DNA from: Entomortierella parvispora E1425
Lineage: Eukaryota; Fungi; Mortierellomycota
Assembly (NCBI GenBank): GCA_020891255.1
Contig: BQFW01000001.1
Location: 1,550,001-1,614,000 of the forward strand
Reading direction: 5' to 3'
Length of the DNA stretch: 64,000 bases
This document shows positions 61,297 through 64,000 of this stretch, piece by piece. Both the position numbers and the translations under genes were made by a program. Under the pieces are notes generated by a model, which was not told where the DNA came from, did not search any database, and saw only the letters and a list, made by a program, of their open reading frames with translations. The first letter of the stretch is position 1. Every line of letters starts with the position of its first letter.

Positions 61297-64000
61297 CGTT
61301 GTTGTTGGCGTGGTCTGCGTGGTCGGCGAGATCCGCAAGCTTGGCCTTTGCAAAATCAAGAGGAGCAGGCCACTCTCGTTTACGAAGAAAGTGTATGGCC
61401 GCATGCGACAGATTCGTGGCAGAATTGTGGTCCCGGTCGCGGCTCTTGTGGCACTCGTCGCAGATGACCGATCGGCCCTCCTCTTTCACGCGAAAGTGGC
61501 ACGAGCAACAAAACACTGAAGACCGAAACTCGGGCATCTTGACAAGCTTGATGACAGTGGGCCTCTTTTCCTTGTTCCTGGCAAGGTCCTTGGCCAGATC
61601 TCGCCTCTATTTCATCCAAATAAAATTCCAGATATTAGAAACCCGTCTTCACCAACACTCCACCCGCACACTCACACTCATAGATTGCCAGCGCTTGCCT
61701 GTCTGATCAAGTTCTCTGTGAATTTTCCACATCCATGACTCTGACCCTTCCACCGTCGATAATCCCCATCTCCAACACCAATAATGAAGGGCGAGGCTAG
61801 AAACTCGTTACGATCGTGGTCCGAGAGACGATTCAGACTCAGATAGCCCCTTTTGAACAATGATCTAGCCATCTTTTCCAGGCTTCTGACGACAGGATCC
61901 GATGACAAGAAAGCATGGAGTTCATCACCCGAGAGCTGGCCAAAGTCTTTCATAGCATTCTGGTAAGATATCCAGTCGTAGCTCTTGACCCCTGGTAGAG
62001 CCTCGACATCCTTCTTGGCCTTCCTCGGGTCCTCCAAGACAGTGTTGATGATTTTCTTGAGATCATCCGCCGTCGGCTGCCGATCGGGAACAAAGTGCCG
62101 CATCTTGAGAACTGCAGTGGTGGCTGAGTCGAGATCATGACGGATAGCTTCATGGTAGTCATACTTGTCTTTCTTGAACTTCACACTGCCGTAATAACTT
62201 CGAAGGGTTGGCGACTCTTTTGCTTGGCTCACGATGTGAGTCTTCACCGCTGACTCGAACTCTTGGGCAGCCTGGATCATGGCTGCGGTCAAGGTCATCA
62301 TGCCCGTCTCTGTTTGCGATGACTCATCGCCGGAGCTCGTTTGTACGTCTTCCATGGCTAGGCCCGTCTGTGCTTCGTTTTTTTCTTGTACATCCTCCAT
62401 GATTTGGTCCTGATCTCCCTGGGCAACCATCCCGACCTGGACCGGCTTCATCGACACTAGCCTCGCCTCGACATCTGGGATCCCTTCTGCAGACTTGAGA
62501 TTACTTTGATGCTTGCGGTAGCGTCTGTTGATAGTGTCTCTGGGGCCGCGAGGAATGACCAAGTTGACGGCATTATGTTCAAAGTTGGAGTGCACCAAAG
62601 TGCCTGTGGCTGTGCAGGCGACTCCTGGGTCCAAACAAAGAGCTCGGATGCCAATTTGCGGGCCTACAGTGCCTTCGTGCAGCTTGTCGATTGTATCCTG
62701 CTTGTTGAATTCATCATAGATGTATGGCCATCCATTCAAAACTGGTGCAGTTGACCAAGGTAAAGCTGCACCCGACGCCAATACTGATACTAGTGCAGGT
62801 GCTGGCAGTGGCTCACTCGATATCTGCTTCTCGGGGCTTGGAGGGAGATTTGATTCCCATTCCATCTCGATGGAAGTAGAGAGAACAGGCCCAGTACTGG
62901 ATGGATCATCCCCAACCAACCGAGACGGACCGGCGGAACTTGAAGTGAACGACCCCTCCGCGACATTCGACGCTGTTGTCTTTGCAGCTCGTTTTTTCTC
63001 GGTCAGTTTGTAGGCCATGACACGCAGATCGTAACCATTCGTTGAGAAATCCCCACTCAGAACGTATTTTTGTCGCTTGGACCCTGGGCTGGCATCGTCG
63101 ATCTGCCTTTGATAATGTTCAGGGCTCTGGAGTCCGTCACGTACAATGGATCTGAGCTCATCCTTGGTGGCTTGATAACTAGAGTCACTAGCGGGCATAT
63201 CATCCAGTCTCGCCGAGACTTCATCAATCTGTTCGACAACGTTTTGCTCGAGGAGCATCCTCGAATGGAGGGGTAGCGATTGCAGAGCACATTTTGTACT
63301 GCTCGATGGCAGAGATGACGAGGACGACGAGGACGAGGCATTCAAGTCATCGTTGGCCCAGAGCACGTTTGCCCCACGACGATAGCTGGTATTCTGACCG
63401 TTGAGGAAAAGGTAGAAGGAAAGTCGTCCGACCTCGTCCTGCGTGTTGGCGTCGGCTAACATCTTTGCTCCAAAAATACTGTTGAGAATCTGGGCTTGTC
63501 GGTCCTTCTCACTTATGCCTCTTTTGCGACTGTTGGTCAACCTGCAGTCTTTCAGAAGACACGCAACCAGTTGGCGCTCAGTCGCCGTGAAGAATCCGTC
63601 GGCGAACCCGACTTCTGGCAGAGTTTTGACCTGAACTGCTGCGGGAAGCATCATGTTCATAATCAAGTGCATGCTAAGCCGATCGTGTTTGTCAGACTTG
63701 CCGTCGTCGTTGATCGAGTTCAACAGTTCCTTTCCACAGACAGAGGAAGCCCACGCAGGGTTGTTGAGAATGACCTATTACAATGCACAGTTAAAATTCG
63801 GTGTGGTTAGAGTCATGGTGAAGCTCGCAAAGAATAGGATAGCTTTTGTTGCAAGGACTTACCCTCTTCTTTAGTTCCAAAGTAAATTTGAATACATGGC
63901 TCCCGACCATGTCAGAGAGACCTCTTGCACATTGCTCGATGAATGCTTTGTCACAAATGTCTCCGTCATTAGGTAAGAACGGCTTTGCACTTCGAGCTTC
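61289..64000 (-). CDS. Fanzor (eukaryotic TnpB-family RuvC nuclease), spliced, 5' end beyond the window
   Basis: RuvC-I LCLDPG, IIGVGDG, RuvC-II KLVKMPEFRSS, ZnF CCSC..CDEC, RuvC-III RDRDHNSATNL. Introns 63775-63862 (GT-AG) and 61607-61698 (GC-AG) give one continuous frame of more than 800 aa. Confidence 0.85.

Overview
Intron-rich fungal genomic DNA; the gene set and intron style suggest an early-diverging fungus (Mucoromycota/Mortierellaceae-like; inference). About 16 host loci are present: an EOS1-like/GT31 glycosyltransferase fusion, a disrupted helical-repeat gene, a conserved unknown protein, a head-to-head PCCB/PCCA pair, UBE2T, TIM22, a FATP/FAT1-type acyl-CoA synthetase, a LISK-type TKL kinase, an OSCA/TMEM63 channel, a GPI-anchored beta-repeat protein, a chitin deacetylase, a small Cys-tailed protein, DCC1, an INTS14-like Q-rich protein and WBP1. 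The right end is the most interesting part. An internally deleted Helitron with both termini recognisable (57499-61142) sits 40 bp after the WBP1 stop. It abuts a convergent, spliced Fanzor/TnpB-family nuclease gene (61289 to beyond 64000) with all three RuvC acidic residues and a zinc finger. Downstream of that gene are a stop-codon hairpin, a candidate TA|CAGTGG transposon end and exactly 20 nt of flank before the Helitron terminus, which could be an omegaRNA scaffold plus guide. A 3.4-kb inverted repeat (33241-36653) carries tandem arrays of branch-point/3' splice-site units in both arms. No rRNA, tRNA or CRISPR array was recognised. All calls come from manual reading and remembered motifs; no searches were run.
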